Position numbers and translations under genes: made by a program. The notes under the pieces were generated by a model. It made no database searches and was not told where the DNA came from. It was given only the letters and a program-made list of their open reading frames with translations. 64,000 nucleotides of DNA from an uncultured Actinomycetes bacterium (GTDB lineage: Bacteria > Actinomycetota > Thermoleophilia > RBG-16-64-13). Positions 1-9,127 of this stretch are shown here, one piece after another (the stretch's first letter is position 1; every line of letters begins with the position of its first letter). The stretch lies in contig CAVPLM010000005.1 of the NCBI GenBank assembly GCA_963706025.1, positions 704,001-768,000 on the forward strand. Reading direction: 5' to 3'.

Positions 1-466
1 CCGGGATCCCGAAGAAGCCCTGCAACTGTCCGGCATGGAGGTCCATGGTGAGTACCCGGTCCACTCCCGCGGCTTCGATCATGTCGGCCACGAGGCGCGC
101 GGTGATCGGCTCCCGAGGACAGCTCTTCTTATCCTGGCGGGAGTATCCCATCCAGGGAACGACCGCAGTGACCCGGTGCGCAGACGCCAATCGAGCCGCC
201 TGGGCCATGATGAGGAGCTCCATGAGGTTCTCGTTGACCGGACGGCAGGTCGGTTGGACGATGAATACATCGGCGCCGCGGACGCTCTCGCTGTATTTGA
301 CGTAGATCTCGCCGTCGGCGAAGGTCCTGATATCGACCCGGCCCAGCTCGATGCCCAGTTTTTCGGCTATCTTGTGACCGAGTTCAGGGTTGCCCCGCCC
401 GGAGAACACCATCAACGAACGCTCGGGGGTTATCCGCGTGCAGCGACGCGGCTCCCAATCTCCCAT
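1..466 (-). CDS. prs: Ribose-phosphate pyrophosphokinase (3' end runs off the window)
   Basis: Manual minus-strand translation MGDWEPRR...RSLMVFSGRGNPELGHKIAEK; AGGAGG RBS upstream of ATG 466; directly downstream of glmU. Confidence 0.93.
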   Translation of the reverse strand, partial: MGDWEPRRCTRITPERSLMVFSGRGNPELGHKIAEKLGIELGRVDIRTFADGEIYVKYSESVRGADVFIVQPTCRPVNENLMELLIMAQAARLASAHRVTAVVPWMGYSRQDKKSCPREPITARLVADMIEAAGVDRVLTMDLHAGQLQGFFGIP

Positions 467-510
467 GCCCGGCTCCTCCTCGCTCTCACGTATCTTCACC
501 TAGTACGGTA

Positions 511-1311
511 TCACCCATCGACGTGGCGTGTCTCCCCCAGTCTCGAGGCCCCGTCGAGCTTGAAGCGCAGCCTCATGAGGGTCTCAGCTTCGGCAAGCTC
601 CGCCCGGGAGTTCACCCCCAGCACCAGAGAGGGGTCGGCGACCGTGCTCGCCGATACCGGCTCGCCCCGTTCTCGCAGCCCGGCGATCACGTCGGTCAGG
701 TAGATCTCGCCCTGATCGTTGTCGGCCCCTACCTGCTCCAGGATCTCCAAGGCGAGCGGCACGGGGAGCACGTACATGCCGGAGTTGATCTCGTGGACGG
801 CCAACTCCTCCGGACCGGCGTCCCGGTGCTCGACGATCCGCGAGACACTCCCGTCGGCGGCGCGTATGACCCGCCCGTAGCCCGTGGGGTCGTCGAGCAT
901 GGTCGTAAGGACAGTGGCAGCCGCGCCGGAAGCCTCGTGGTCGCGCACCAGGGAACGCAGGGCCTCCCCTGTCACCAGCGGCGTATCACCCGGGACCACC
1001 AGGTTCGGACCCGGCAGCAGGTGATGGGCGGCCGCGAGCAAGGCGTGGCCGGTGCCCAGTTGCCTCTCTTGGAGCGCGACCACGCAGCCGGCCGGCAGGC
1101 AGGGGACAACTTGGTCGTATCCGTGCCCGAGGACCACGACCACGCGGGGAGCGCCCGCTTCGGCGCCGAGCTCAGCCACTGCCGCAAGGACGTGCAGCAG
1201 CATGGGCCGTCCGCACACGGGGTGCAGCACCTTGGGAAGCTCCGACTTCATGCGCGTACCCTGGCCGGCGGCCAGTACGACGACGCTGGCGATATGAGAG
1301 CTCGAGACCAG
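511..1311 (-). CDS. glmU: UDP-N-acetylglucosamine pyrophosphorylase, GlmU N-terminal domain only
   Basis: In-frame VVVLAAGQGTRMKSELPKVLH upstream of the track start; QLGTGHA, GYGRVIR, EINSG, EIYLTD, GVNSR motifs; start codon uncertain (CTG at 1311). Confidence 0.88.
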   Translation of the reverse strand: MVSSSHIASVVVLAAGQGTRMKSELPKVLHPVCGRPMLLHVLAAVAELGAEAGAPRVVVVLGHGYDQVVPCLPAGCVVALQERQLGTGHALLAAAHHLLPGPNLVVPGDTPLVTGEALRSLVRDHEASGAAATVLTTMLDDPTGYGRVIRAADGSVSRIVEHRDAGPEELAVHEINSGMYVLPVPLALEILEQVGADNDQGEIYLTDVIAGLRERGEPVSASTVADPSLVLGVNSRAELAEAETLMRLRFKLDGASRLGETRHVDG

Positions 1312-1348
1312 TTTGCACCCCTACGGAGCCACGGACGACGAAGGGAAG

Positions 1349-1420
1349 CTGGGGCGGCAGGATTCGAACCTACGCATCACGGGACCAAAACCCGTTGCCT
1401 TACCACTTGGCCACGCCCCA
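1349..1420 (-). tRNA. tRNA-Gln(TTG), CCA not encoded
   Basis: TGGGGCG/CGCCCCA acceptor stem, anticodon loop TTTTGGT, GGTTCGAATCC T-arm. Confidence 0.96.
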
Positions 1421-1462
1421 CCGCTTTCCGGATGCGGGGGCAGATGCCCCGCGAGCGCACGG

Positions 1463-1492
1463 AGTATAGGTCAGCCGTCGGAGGGGTGTCAA
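1463..1492 (-). promoter_or_regulatory. Housekeeping sigma-70 promoter for tRNA-Gln-glmU-prs
   Basis: TTGACA-N18-TATACT on the minus strand. Confidence 0.75.
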
Positions 1493-2487
1493 GACAGAGG
1501 AGCCCCACAAGCCAGGCGCGCCCGATACCCGCGCAGGCGTAGGCGGACGGCTACTTCTTCCGCCTCCTGGGGCGACCGACACAGGCCAAGAAGCGTCGGA
1601 CCCGAGCCGCTCATCACCGCCCCGAGGGCTCCTTCCTCGACCAGCGCGTCCCTGTCCTCGCTCAGCCCGGGGAGCAGGCGGAAGCTGGCCCTCTGAAGGT
1701 CGTTCTCGAGCAGCTCGGCGATGGCGGGCACTGCCTCATCCGACTCCAGCCGACCTTCGGCCCACCGCGCAGCGAGGGCGCGCCAGCGCGCCTCGTGCGC
1801 CCTCGCGCGCTCGTGGAACCCAGCGCCACCTCCGGCGACAGACCCCGGCCCGCCGCCGGCGACCAACCCCGGCTGCTCCGCGGCGCCCAACCCCGGCTGC
1901 TCCGCGGCGATCCGGTCAAATTCCTTGTACACCGCTGCCGTCGACAACTGCGCCTCATGCAAGACGAGAACAAGCGGCAATGGAGGAAGCCCTATCGGCT
2001 CGAGCAGGTCACCGATGCCCGTCGCGAACGAGGGCTCCGGCCGCAAGAAGAAAGGGACATCCGCCCCCACGCCGCGGGCCAGCATCCGAAGCTCGTGCTC
2101 TCCAAGCACGGGCCCCCCGGCCGCGGCGATCGCCTGCGCCCCCGCTCTCAGGGCAGCAGCGGCATCAGAGCTACCTCCGCCGAGCCCCGCGCCGGCGGGG
2201 ATCCCCTTGGTGATGCCGACCCGCCCGTCGATGACCCAGCCGGTGGCTCTTTCCAGAGAGCGCAGTGCCCGCGCGGCCAGATTATCCTCCCCGGACGCTA
2301 CTTCGCACTCCACCCGTAGGACTCCGCGGCCTTCTCGCGACCTTCGGGCTACCAGTTCGAACTCTAGACCGTCGAATACGTCGATAGGCACGAAGACCGA
2401 GAACAGCTCGTGATAGCCGTCGGCCCTCACCGGTCCTATGAGCAGGCTCAGGTTGACCTTGGCGGGAGCCTTCGTCTCAAGGCGCAC
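1489..2487 (-). CDS. ispE: 4-diphosphocytidyl-2-C-methyl-D-erythritol kinase
   Basis: APAKVNL, GYHEL, IPAGAGLGGGSSDAA, GADVPFF, NDL, MSGSGPT motifs. Confidence 0.95.
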   Translation of the reverse strand: MRLETKAPAKVNLSLLIGPVRADGYHELFSVFVPIDVFDGLEFELVARRSREGRGVLRVECEVASGEDNLAARALRSLERATGWVIDGRVGITKGIPAGAGLGGGSSDAAAALRAGAQAIAAAGGPVLGEHELRMLARGVGADVPFFLRPEPSFATGIGDLLEPIGLPPLPLVLVLHEAQLSTAAVYKEFDRIAAEQPGLGAAEQPGLVAGGGPGSVAGGGAGFHERARAHEARWRALAARWAEGRLESDEAVPAIAELLENDLQRASFRLLPGLSEDRDALVEEGALGAVMSGSGPTLLGLCRSPQEAEEVAVRLRLRGYRARLACGAPLS

Positions 2488-2499
2488 GGTGCTCTTCTT

Positions 2500-2610
2500 T
2501 CATCTGGATGTCACCAGGGACAAGGGCTCATCCCCGTCCCCGCACCCCGAGATCCCCAGCAGGCTGGTGGCCAGAAAAGCCATGAGAAAGGATTTGACGA
2601 GATGTTGCAT
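2500..2610 (-). CDS. Putative 36-aa lipoprotein (not in ORF track)
   Basis: GAGGGAG RBS; MQHLVKSFLMAFLATSLLGISGC-GDGDEPLSLVTSR with a signal peptide and lipobox-like ISGC. Confidence 0.5.
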   Translation of the reverse strand: MQHLVKSFLMAFLATSLLGISGCGDGDEPLSLVTSR

Positions 2611-2658
2611 CGATCGACTCCCTCGCATCCTCAGTCCGTGCAACCCGACACTCGAGCC

Positions 2659-3039
2659 CTAGTCTTCCTCCATCCAGTATTCAACGAACTCACTCGCCCG
2701 TCCGTCTGGCGCTAGGGCGACCAGCCAGAGATTGTGGTACACCTCGGGCGCGCTGCGTTCGACAGAACCTCCTTCGGGATAGCGGGTGACGCCGCGAACC
2801 ACGTAGAGGTCGCCCTCCTGGGCGATCAACTCATAGTCGAACGTCCACGGGACCTTCGAGTCCCCCGCTCCGATCCACCAGGCGACAATGTCGTCCCTCC
2901 CCCGGTGGGCGTCCCGGAAGGGCTCCGTGTAGTAGCGGGCATCATCGGTGAACAAGCGGGCGATGTGACTCGGGTCGTCGGTTCTCCAGGCGACTTGATA
3001 GAGTTCCAGCCACTCATCGATCCGGACGTCGTCGATCAT
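2659..3039 (-). CDS. SnoaL/NTF2-like protein
   Basis: YQVAWRTDD..LFTDDARY..GRDDI..YHNLWLV..GRASEFVEYW pattern; GGAGGAG RBS. Confidence 0.85.
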   Translation of the reverse strand: MIDDVRIDEWLELYQVAWRTDDPSHIARLFTDDARYYTEPFRDAHRGRDDIVAWWIGAGDSKVPWTFDYELIAQEGDLYVVRGVTRYPEGGSVERSAPEVYHNLWLVALAPDGRASEFVEYWMEED

Positions 3040-3099
3040 GCGATCTCCTCCTCCGCGCTCAGCGCTCTCTCGCCCTACGGTGTCGGCCTCGCCGATGCC

Positions 3100-3798
3100 T
3101 CAATTCCCCTGGTTGAGCCAGCCCATCATCGCTTCTCGGGATATGAGCGGCCGACTCACTGCTTCGAGGGTGTCGGGGCTCATCACCCCTCTTTCCGCCA
3201 GCTCCCGGCCGGCCCGCTGTGCCGCCTCAAGAACGGCCGCGCCATCGGGGGTCACTTCCCCCTGCGGTTTGAGCAGGGACACATGAGGTCGGAGCACGGC
3301 CCCGGCGAACTCCACACCCGCGTTTTGCGCCAACTCTTCTACGATGCGTAACACCGTGCCGAAGTTCTCCTTCTCCCACCATCCGCTTGTGGAGACGAGA
3401 CCGATCCGCTGGATGAGGACGTCCTTGCGGAACCGAGCGCGCGTGCGCCCCTCGCGAGTCTCCAATACTGGATCCAGCAGCGGACAGAGCCGGTTGATGA
3501 AGTTCTGCATATCCCCCGGCAGAGGGACATAGACGGGGGTGGCCAGGATGAGGATGTCCGCTTCTTTCAGCACTGGATACAGCGCCTCCATATCGTCCTT
3601 GTGAACACACCTTCCCGGTGTGTGCTCCCAGCAACGCATCTCCCCGCAATCACACGGTCTGACTTTGAGCCTGCTCGCGTAGAACAGGTCGACGTCGCAC
3701 CCCGCATCCGCCATCCCCTGAAGAAACGGGGTGAGAATCAGTGCGGTGTCCCCTTTGTCCATCCGGGGACTGCCATTGATGGCGACCACTCTGGCCAT
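3100..3798 (-). CDS. Flavodoxin-like NADPH-dependent FMN reductase / iron-sulfur flavoprotein
   Basis: INGSPR, CxCxxxxC..C cluster, DDM, ATPVY, FINRL. Confidence 0.88.
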   Translation of the reverse strand: MARVVAINGSPRMDKGDTALILTPFLQGMADAGCDVDLFYASRLKVRPCDCGEMRCWEHTPGRCVHKDDMEALYPVLKEADILILATPVYVPLPGDMQNFINRLCPLLDPVLETREGRTRARFRKDVLIQRIGLVSTSGWWEKENFGTVLRIVEELAQNAGVEFAGAVLRPHVSLLKPQGEVTPDGAAVLEAAQRAGRELAERGVMSPDTLEAVSRPLISREAMMGWLNQGN

Positions 3799-3938
3799 TC
3801 CAGCCTCCTCGTGGGTCTGCGTACCGATTCCCCCCGACGCAGCGACTTCGTCGCGGCTCGTCGTTATCTATCCTACAACCAAAGATGCACATTCCCTTGA
3901 TGGATCCTGGACATTATGGTGAAGACCCCGCGGGCGCT

Positions 3939-3967
3939 GTGATATCATTGTGACTGCTTGATATCAC
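3939..3967. promoter_or_regulatory. Putative vapBC autoregulatory operator
   Basis: GTGATATCA-N11-TGATATCAC inverted repeat ~20 nt upstream of the antitoxin start. Confidence 0.6.
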
Positions 3968-3988
3968 CAATCGGAAACGGCGGGCAAC

Positions 3989-4234
3989 GTGATGATCCGG
4001 ACCATCATCAGCATGAGCGAAGAAGACAAAGCCTGGCTTGACCGACGCGCCCACGAGGAAGGCCTGACGATGACCGAGATCGTGCGCCGATCGGTCCACC
4101 TCTACCGGGAGGCCGTCGATCCGGGCGATTCCGAGTTCCTCCTTGTGCTCGAGCGGACTCGAGAAATGTGGAAAGGCGTCGATGGCCTTCAATACCAGCG
4201 ACAACTGAGAGACGAATGGGACATCCGAACTTGA
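3989..4234 (+). CDS. vapB: CopG/ribbon-helix-helix antitoxin (VapB-like)
   Basis: RTIISMSEEDKAWLDRRA..TMTEIVRRSV; C-terminal DGLQYQRQLRDEW; overlaps the PIN gene. Confidence 0.82.
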   Translation: MMIRTIISMSEEDKAWLDRRAHEEGLTMTEIVRRSVHLYREAVDPGDSEFLLVLERTREMWKGVDGLQYQRQLRDEWDIRT

Positions 4235-4599
4235 CTCTTCTCGTCGATTCGGTCATCTTCATCGACCACCTCGCCGGCCTGCCTCAGGCCACTGAGTTCC
4301 TCCAGCGCAACCGCCACAAGGTCTCGGTATCGGCGATCACCCGGGCGGAGGTCCTGGCTGGGTTTGACCCGACCGACAGTGAGTTGCCCGGGCGGTTGCT
4401 TGATTTCTTCCCCACTCTGAGCATCGACCGGGACACTGCCGACGCAGCCGCGGCGCTCAGACGCAGCCATGGGCTCAAGCTGCCCGACGCGTTCCAAGCG
4501 GCGCTTGCGCTCCAGCATCATCTGAAGCTCGTGACACGCGACACTCGCCACTTCCGACCCGAAAGGCTCCCATTCGTATTCGTGCCGTATTCCGTCTGA
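4216..4599 (+). CDS. vapC: PIN-domain toxin VapC
   Basis: LLVDSVIFIDHL, SAITRAEVLAG, LKLPDA, LVTRDTRHF; start ATG 4216 or TTG 4231. Confidence 0.9.
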   Translation: MGHPNLTLLVDSVIFIDHLAGLPQATEFLQRNRHKVSVSAITRAEVLAGFDPTDSELPGRLLDFFPTLSIDRDTADAAAALRRSHGLKLPDAFQAALALQHHLKLVTRDTRHFRPERLPFVFVPYSV

Positions 4600-4679
4600 C
4601 TGCCACCCTCGGGCGCCGGGTAATGAAGCAGCCCAGGTAACGATGAGCCGCGTTTGAGGGAGTTCGATCACGCTGGATC

Positions 4680-5588
4680 TCAGCTCCGCCTGCCTCTCCC
4701 GGATTCCCCCCGCTCCCCCTGCACCCCGAGCCGCTTCGCCAATGCGACAAACTGCTCCGGCGCCAGCCTCTCCGCGCGAACGTCCGCGGGGAGACCGAGC
4801 CCCGTGACCGCCTCGAGCGCCCGCTCCCGTGACAGACCCAGCCCCCCGGCCAGCGCGTTGACCAGGGTCTTGCGCCGTTGCCCGAAGGCCGCCTGGATGA
4901 CCATCCGTAACTGCCCCGAGTCGCTCGGTGGCAGCTGCGCCTGGGATAGCCGATCGAGAACCACCAGGCTCGAGTCCACGTGCGGCTGCGGATAGAAGAT
5001 GGATCGCGCGAGTGGGCGCACGCGCACGATCCGGGCGTACAGTTGGACCCACACGGAAAGCACACCATAGGCCTTGGTCCCGGGGATGGCGGCCATGCGT
5101 TCGGCCACCTCTCGCTGGACCATCACGCAGTAGCGACGTATGGTCGGCAACCGCCGCAGAGACTCGATAATGAACGGACCGGCCACCGAGTACGGGAGAT
5201 TGCTCGCGCATAGGGTGGGACGTGGCTCCAGGTGTTCCAGAGACGCCTTGAGGACGTCCTCGAAGTGCAGGCTGACCTTGGGATCATCCCGCAGAGTGGC
5301 GGTGAGCGGCGCCTCCAGACTCCGGTCAACCTCGAACGCGTGCACGTGCCTCGCCACTCCGGCCAACGCGCTGGTGAGCACCCCAAGCCCGGCGCCGATC
5401 TCCAGGACCACGTCGTCAACGCCACATTCCAGTTGGCGGAGGATCACACCGAGGATGTTGTCATCGATGAGGAAGTTCTGTCCCAGATCCCGCTTCGGGG
5501 TGATGCCGAACTCGGTCAGCCGGGCCAGCGAAACCTGGCGCAGGCCGGAGGCCGCGGGTGAGCCATCGGCCTGGCCGGCGCTCCCCAC
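4680..5588 (-). CDS. rsmA: 16S rRNA adenine dimethyltransferase
   Basis: LGQNFLID, VLEIGAGLG, SNLPYSV, MVQREVAER, AFGQRRKTL. Confidence 0.96.
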   Translation of the reverse strand: MGSAGQADGSPAASGLRQVSLARLTEFGITPKRDLGQNFLIDDNILGVILRQLECGVDDVVLEIGAGLGVLTSALAGVARHVHAFEVDRSLEAPLTATLRDDPKVSLHFEDVLKASLEHLEPRPTLCASNLPYSVAGPFIIESLRRLPTIRRYCVMVQREVAERMAAIPGTKAYGVLSVWVQLYARIVRVRPLARSIFYPQPHVDSSLVVLDRLSQAQLPPSDSGQLRMVIQAAFGQRRKTLVNALAGGLGLSRERALEAVTGLGLPADVRAERLAPEQFVALAKRLGVQGERGESGRGRRS

Positions 5589-5624
5589 TCTTCGGGTGAC
5601 GGTGTTTGGGCGACCCCGCCGCGT

Positions 5625-6416
5625 TCATCGGGCGCTCCCGAGCTGGCTCCCGAGCTGTCTCGCCAACCGCGGGAACGCTGCGTGGGCGTTTGCATCGATC
5701 TGAATCGCAAGCTCGTTCACCGCGACCCCCCGCAGGTCGGCCACGAACTCATATACCTTCGCCACCAGCGCCGGCCGGTTGGGTCGGCCGCGCAGGGGCA
5801 TGGGCGTGAGCCAGGGTGCGTCCGTCTCGAGCAGGAGAAGGGGCGCAGGCACGGCCTGGGCGGCAGCCTGGAGGTCGACCGCGTTCTTGTAGGTGACGTT
5901 GCCGGCGAAGCTGATGTAGTAACCACGCTCGACCACCTCCTCGAGACGGTCCGGCAACGAGAAGCAGTGGAGGATCACGGTCAACCCCGGAGCGTGCTCC
6001 GCCAGCACCGAAAGCGTGAGATCCGCCGCGTCCCGAGTGTGGATGACCACCGGCAGGTCGGCCCGCCGGGCCAAATCGAGCTGGCGGATGAACACGTCCT
6101 CCTGGACTTCGTGCGGCCAGTTGTCGTGATAGAAATCGAGGCCCGTCTCCCCCACCGCCACGACCCGGGGATGAGCGGTGAGTTCCTCGATAGCGGCCAT
6201 GTGCTCGTCGGTAGCGTGACCCGCCTCTTGGGGGTGGAACCCGACGGTAGCGAAGACCTCCGGGCACTGCTCAGCGAGCCGCACCGACCAGCGCGATCGG
6301 ACCAGGTCGATGCCCGCTTGGATGATGAGGCCGACCCCGGCTTCGCGGGCGTCGGCGACCAGGCCGGTAGCGTCCGCATGGCAGTGATCGAGGTGGGTGT
6401 GCGAGTCGATGAACAT
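5625..6416 (-). CDS. tatD: TatD family DNase
   Basis: MFIDSHTHL, GFHP, VGETGLD, IHTR, HCFS, ETDAP; start corrected to ATG 6416. Confidence 0.95.
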   Translation of the reverse strand: MFIDSHTHLDHCHADATGLVADAREAGVGLIIQAGIDLVRSRWSVRLAEQCPEVFATVGFHPQEAGHATDEHMAAIEELTAHPRVVAVGETGLDFYHDNWPHEVQEDVFIRQLDLARRADLPVVIHTRDAADLTLSVLAEHAPGLTVILHCFSLPDRLEEVVERGYYISFAGNVTYKNAVDLQAAAQAVPAPLLLLETDAPWLTPMPLRGRPNRPALVAKVYEFVADLRGVAVNELAIQIDANAHAAFPRLARQLGSQLGSAR

Positions 6417-6475
6417 GGTGGCGGCCGCGTTGCCCCGGTGGGACTGACGTGGTCGGTCGGCGCGCGGCGCGCCGG

Positions 6476-8089
6476 TCAGTCCTCGATGCGGGGGAACAGT
6501 GGCAAGCCGGCGACGAGCGTTAGACCACCGGGCAAGAGGCCCCAGCCGGCTTGATCCCAGGCGGGTGGCTGAGCGGACGGACCGTCGGGATCCATACCGA
6601 GCCGTTGCCTGATAGCCGCCGCCGTTTCTGGGACGAACGGATGCAGCAGGACCGAGAGCAGACGGAGGCCTTCGGCCAGGTCCCACAGAGCGGCATCGAG
6701 CTCGGCGGCCGCGCCCGCCCCGGCCCGGGCCGCGCCGTCGCCGTCCCCCGGCGTGCCGGCGGTGGCGTCGGTGCCGGAGGCGCGCTCCGCCGCCGCCTCC
6801 TTAGCCAGTTTCCACGGGGCCTGCTCTTCCACGTAACGGTTGAGCCGGCGCACGAAGACCCATATGGTCTCCAGGGCCGCGCTCAGGTCCATCTCTTCCA
6901 GTTGCACCCGGGCTGTCTCCGCTGTTCCGGCAGCCTGGGCGGCCAGCGGCGAATCGCTCGGGAGACGGCCGGGGGGCGGCGCCGGGACGGCGCCGCCCCG
7001 GTACTTGCCGATCATCGACGTGGTCCGCGACACGAGATTGCCCAGCTCATTGGCCAATTCGGCGTTGTACCGGGCTTTGAACCCCTCTTCGCTCACCATG
7101 CCGTCCTGGCCGAAGCTCACCTCGCGCAGGCAGTAGAACCGGAACGGGTCGGCCCCGTATTGCTCGATGAGTGGGAAGGGGTCCATCACGTTCCCCCGGG
7201 TCTTGGACATCTTCTCCCCGCCCAGCTTGAGATATCCATGTATGAACAGATGTTCCGGTAGTTCATATCCGGCCGACATCAGGAGCGCCGGCCAGATGAT
7301 GGCGTGGAACTTGAGGATATCCTGGGCCATCAAGTGGTAGGTCGCCGGCCAGAAACGGACAAGATCTTCACCGGGAGCAAAGTGCAGCGCGCTCATGTAG
7401 CTGATGAGCGCGTCGATCCACACGTAGATCACCTGCGAGGGATCCCAGGGGACGGTGATACCCCACTTGAGGGTCGCCCGGGAGATGGATATGTCTTCCA
7501 GGCCCTGCTCGATGAACGAGAGCGCCTCGTTGTAGCGGTGCCGGGGACGGATCCAGTCGGGATGGCGCGTGTAGTGATGGACAAGCCGGTCCTGATAGGC
7601 CGAGAGCCGGAAGAAGTAGTTCTGCTCCTCCATGCGTGCCGGGGCCGTGCCGTGGTCGGGGCAGAGGCCTTCCACCAGGTTCTCTTCGGTGTAGTACGCC
7701 TCGCATGCAGAGCAGTAGAGACCGGCATACGAACTGGTGTAGATATCGCCGTTGTCGTAGCAGCGCTGGACAAAATCTTGTACGAATCTCTCGTGCTCCG
7801 GGTCGGTGGTCCGTATGAGGAAGTCGATCGTGGCGTTCACCTGCTGGGCGACTTCCCGGAACTTGATTACGATCTCGTCGGCATGCTCCTTGGGAGTCAG
7901 GCCCCGGGCGAGTGCAGCCTGCTCGATCTTGCTGCCGTGCTCGTCGGTGCCGGTGAGGAAGTAGACGTCGTCACCCACCTGTCGATGGAAGCGCACAGCC
8001 ACGTCGGCGGCCGTGGTGGTGTAGGCGTGCCCGATGTGCGGCACGTCGTTGACGTAGTAGATGGGAGTGGTGATATAGAACCGGCCCAT
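6476..8089 (-). CDS. metG: Methionine--tRNA ligase
   Basis: YITTPIYYVN, HIGH, GTDEHG, KMSKT. Confidence 0.97.
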   Translation of the reverse strand: MGRFYITTPIYYVNDVPHIGHAYTTTAADVAVRFHRQVGDDVYFLTGTDEHGSKIEQAALARGLTPKEHADEIVIKFREVAQQVNATIDFLIRTTDPEHERFVQDFVQRCYDNGDIYTSSYAGLYCSACEAYYTEENLVEGLCPDHGTAPARMEEQNYFFRLSAYQDRLVHHYTRHPDWIRPRHRYNEALSFIEQGLEDISISRATLKWGITVPWDPSQVIYVWIDALISYMSALHFAPGEDLVRFWPATYHLMAQDILKFHAIIWPALLMSAGYELPEHLFIHGYLKLGGEKMSKTRGNVMDPFPLIEQYGADPFRFYCLREVSFGQDGMVSEEGFKARYNAELANELGNLVSRTTSMIGKYRGGAVPAPPPGRLPSDSPLAAQAAGTAETARVQLEEMDLSAALETIWVFVRRLNRYVEEQAPWKLAKEAAAERASGTDATAGTPGDGDGAARAGAGAAAELDAALWDLAEGLRLLSVLLHPFVPETAAAIRQRLGMDPDGPSAQPPAWDQAGWGLLPGGLTLVAGLPLFPRIED

Positions 8090-8208
8090 GGCCGGGCTAT
8101 TCTAACAGATGGCCTTTCAGCGCCCCCGGTCGCGGTGCCGTACCCGGCGCGGCTCCCGGCGGTCTGACTCGGCGCCGGCGCGGTCCGGCATCCGACCGCC
8201 CGCCGCGC

Positions 8209-9096
8209 CTATCCCCGCTCTTTGGCCTTCAAGGCCAGCGCGTAGGCCTGTTTGACCGACAGCCCGGTCAGATCGGCGACGATCCTGGCCGCCGGCTTGG
8301 TGCCCACCCCCGAATCCATCAGCTCGGCGAGAGCCTTGTACGCCCGTGCCTCCACCTCAGACAAGGCGCTCTGGTTGCTGCCAGCGCCGCGCGCGTCTTG
8401 CCCGGGAGCGCTCCGGCCCCTCGTCCCGGTGCCGCCGGAAGCCTCTAGCACCAGGACCACCTCGCCGCGCACCAGTTCTTCCAGCCCGGCAAGCACCTCT
8501 ACCGCCGTGCCGCGAACGACCTCTTCGTGCAGTTTGGTGATTTCTCGGCACACCGCCAGGCGGCGATCGGGCCAGCGCTCACCGATGGCCGCCAGGGAGG
8601 CACGAAGCCGCCGTGGTGACTCGAAGGCCACCAGGGCGGTCCCTGTCCCCTCGAAGACCTCCAGTTGCGCCAGCAGCTTCGTCTTGCCGCGGGCAAGAAA
8701 ACCTATGAAGGCAAAACGATCGGCGGGCAGTGCCGAGAGTACGAGCGCCGTCGATATGGACGACGGCCCCGGGAGCACCGTCAAGGGGATGGCCTCGGCA
8801 GCGCAGGCCCTCACCAGGCTGAAGCCGGGGTCCGACAGCCCGGGCATGCCGGCGTCAGAGACCAGGGCCACGTCCCTGCCTTCGCGGAGCAGCGGAAGCA
8901 GCGCCTGCAGGCGCTGCTCTTCGTTGTGGTCGTGGAAGCTCACCAGCCGGCCGGCGTCGACGCCGTGGCGCGCAAGCAGGATCCGGGTCCGCCGGGTGTC
9001 CTCGCAGGCGATCACATCTGCCCGCCCCAGTACGTCAAGGACGCGCAGGGTTATGTCCTGAAGGTTGCCGATAGGTGTAGGGCAGATGTACAACAT
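8209..9096 (-). CDS. rsmI: 16S rRNA C1402 2'-O-methyltransferase
   Basis: MLYICPTPIGNLQDIT, CEDTRRT, SDAGMPGLSDPG, FESPRR, REITKLHEE. Confidence 0.95.
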   Translation of the reverse strand: MLYICPTPIGNLQDITLRVLDVLGRADVIACEDTRRTRILLARHGVDAGRLVSFHDHNEEQRLQALLPLLREGRDVALVSDAGMPGLSDPGFSLVRACAAEAIPLTVLPGPSSISTALVLSALPADRFAFIGFLARGKTKLLAQLEVFEGTGTALVAFESPRRLRASLAAIGERWPDRRLAVCREITKLHEEVVRGTAVEVLAGLEELVRGEVVLVLEASGGTGTRGRSAPGQDARGAGSNQSALSEVEARAYKALAELMDSGVGTKPAARIVADLTGLSVKQAYALALKAKERG

Positions 9097-9127
9097 CGCA
9101 TCGGTGCGGCGCGCGCGGGGCCGGCTG

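Noticed and set aside
1349-1420. tRNA-Gln as an integration site
   Set aside because: No integrase, no noticed duplication of the tRNA 3' end, and core genes on both sides.
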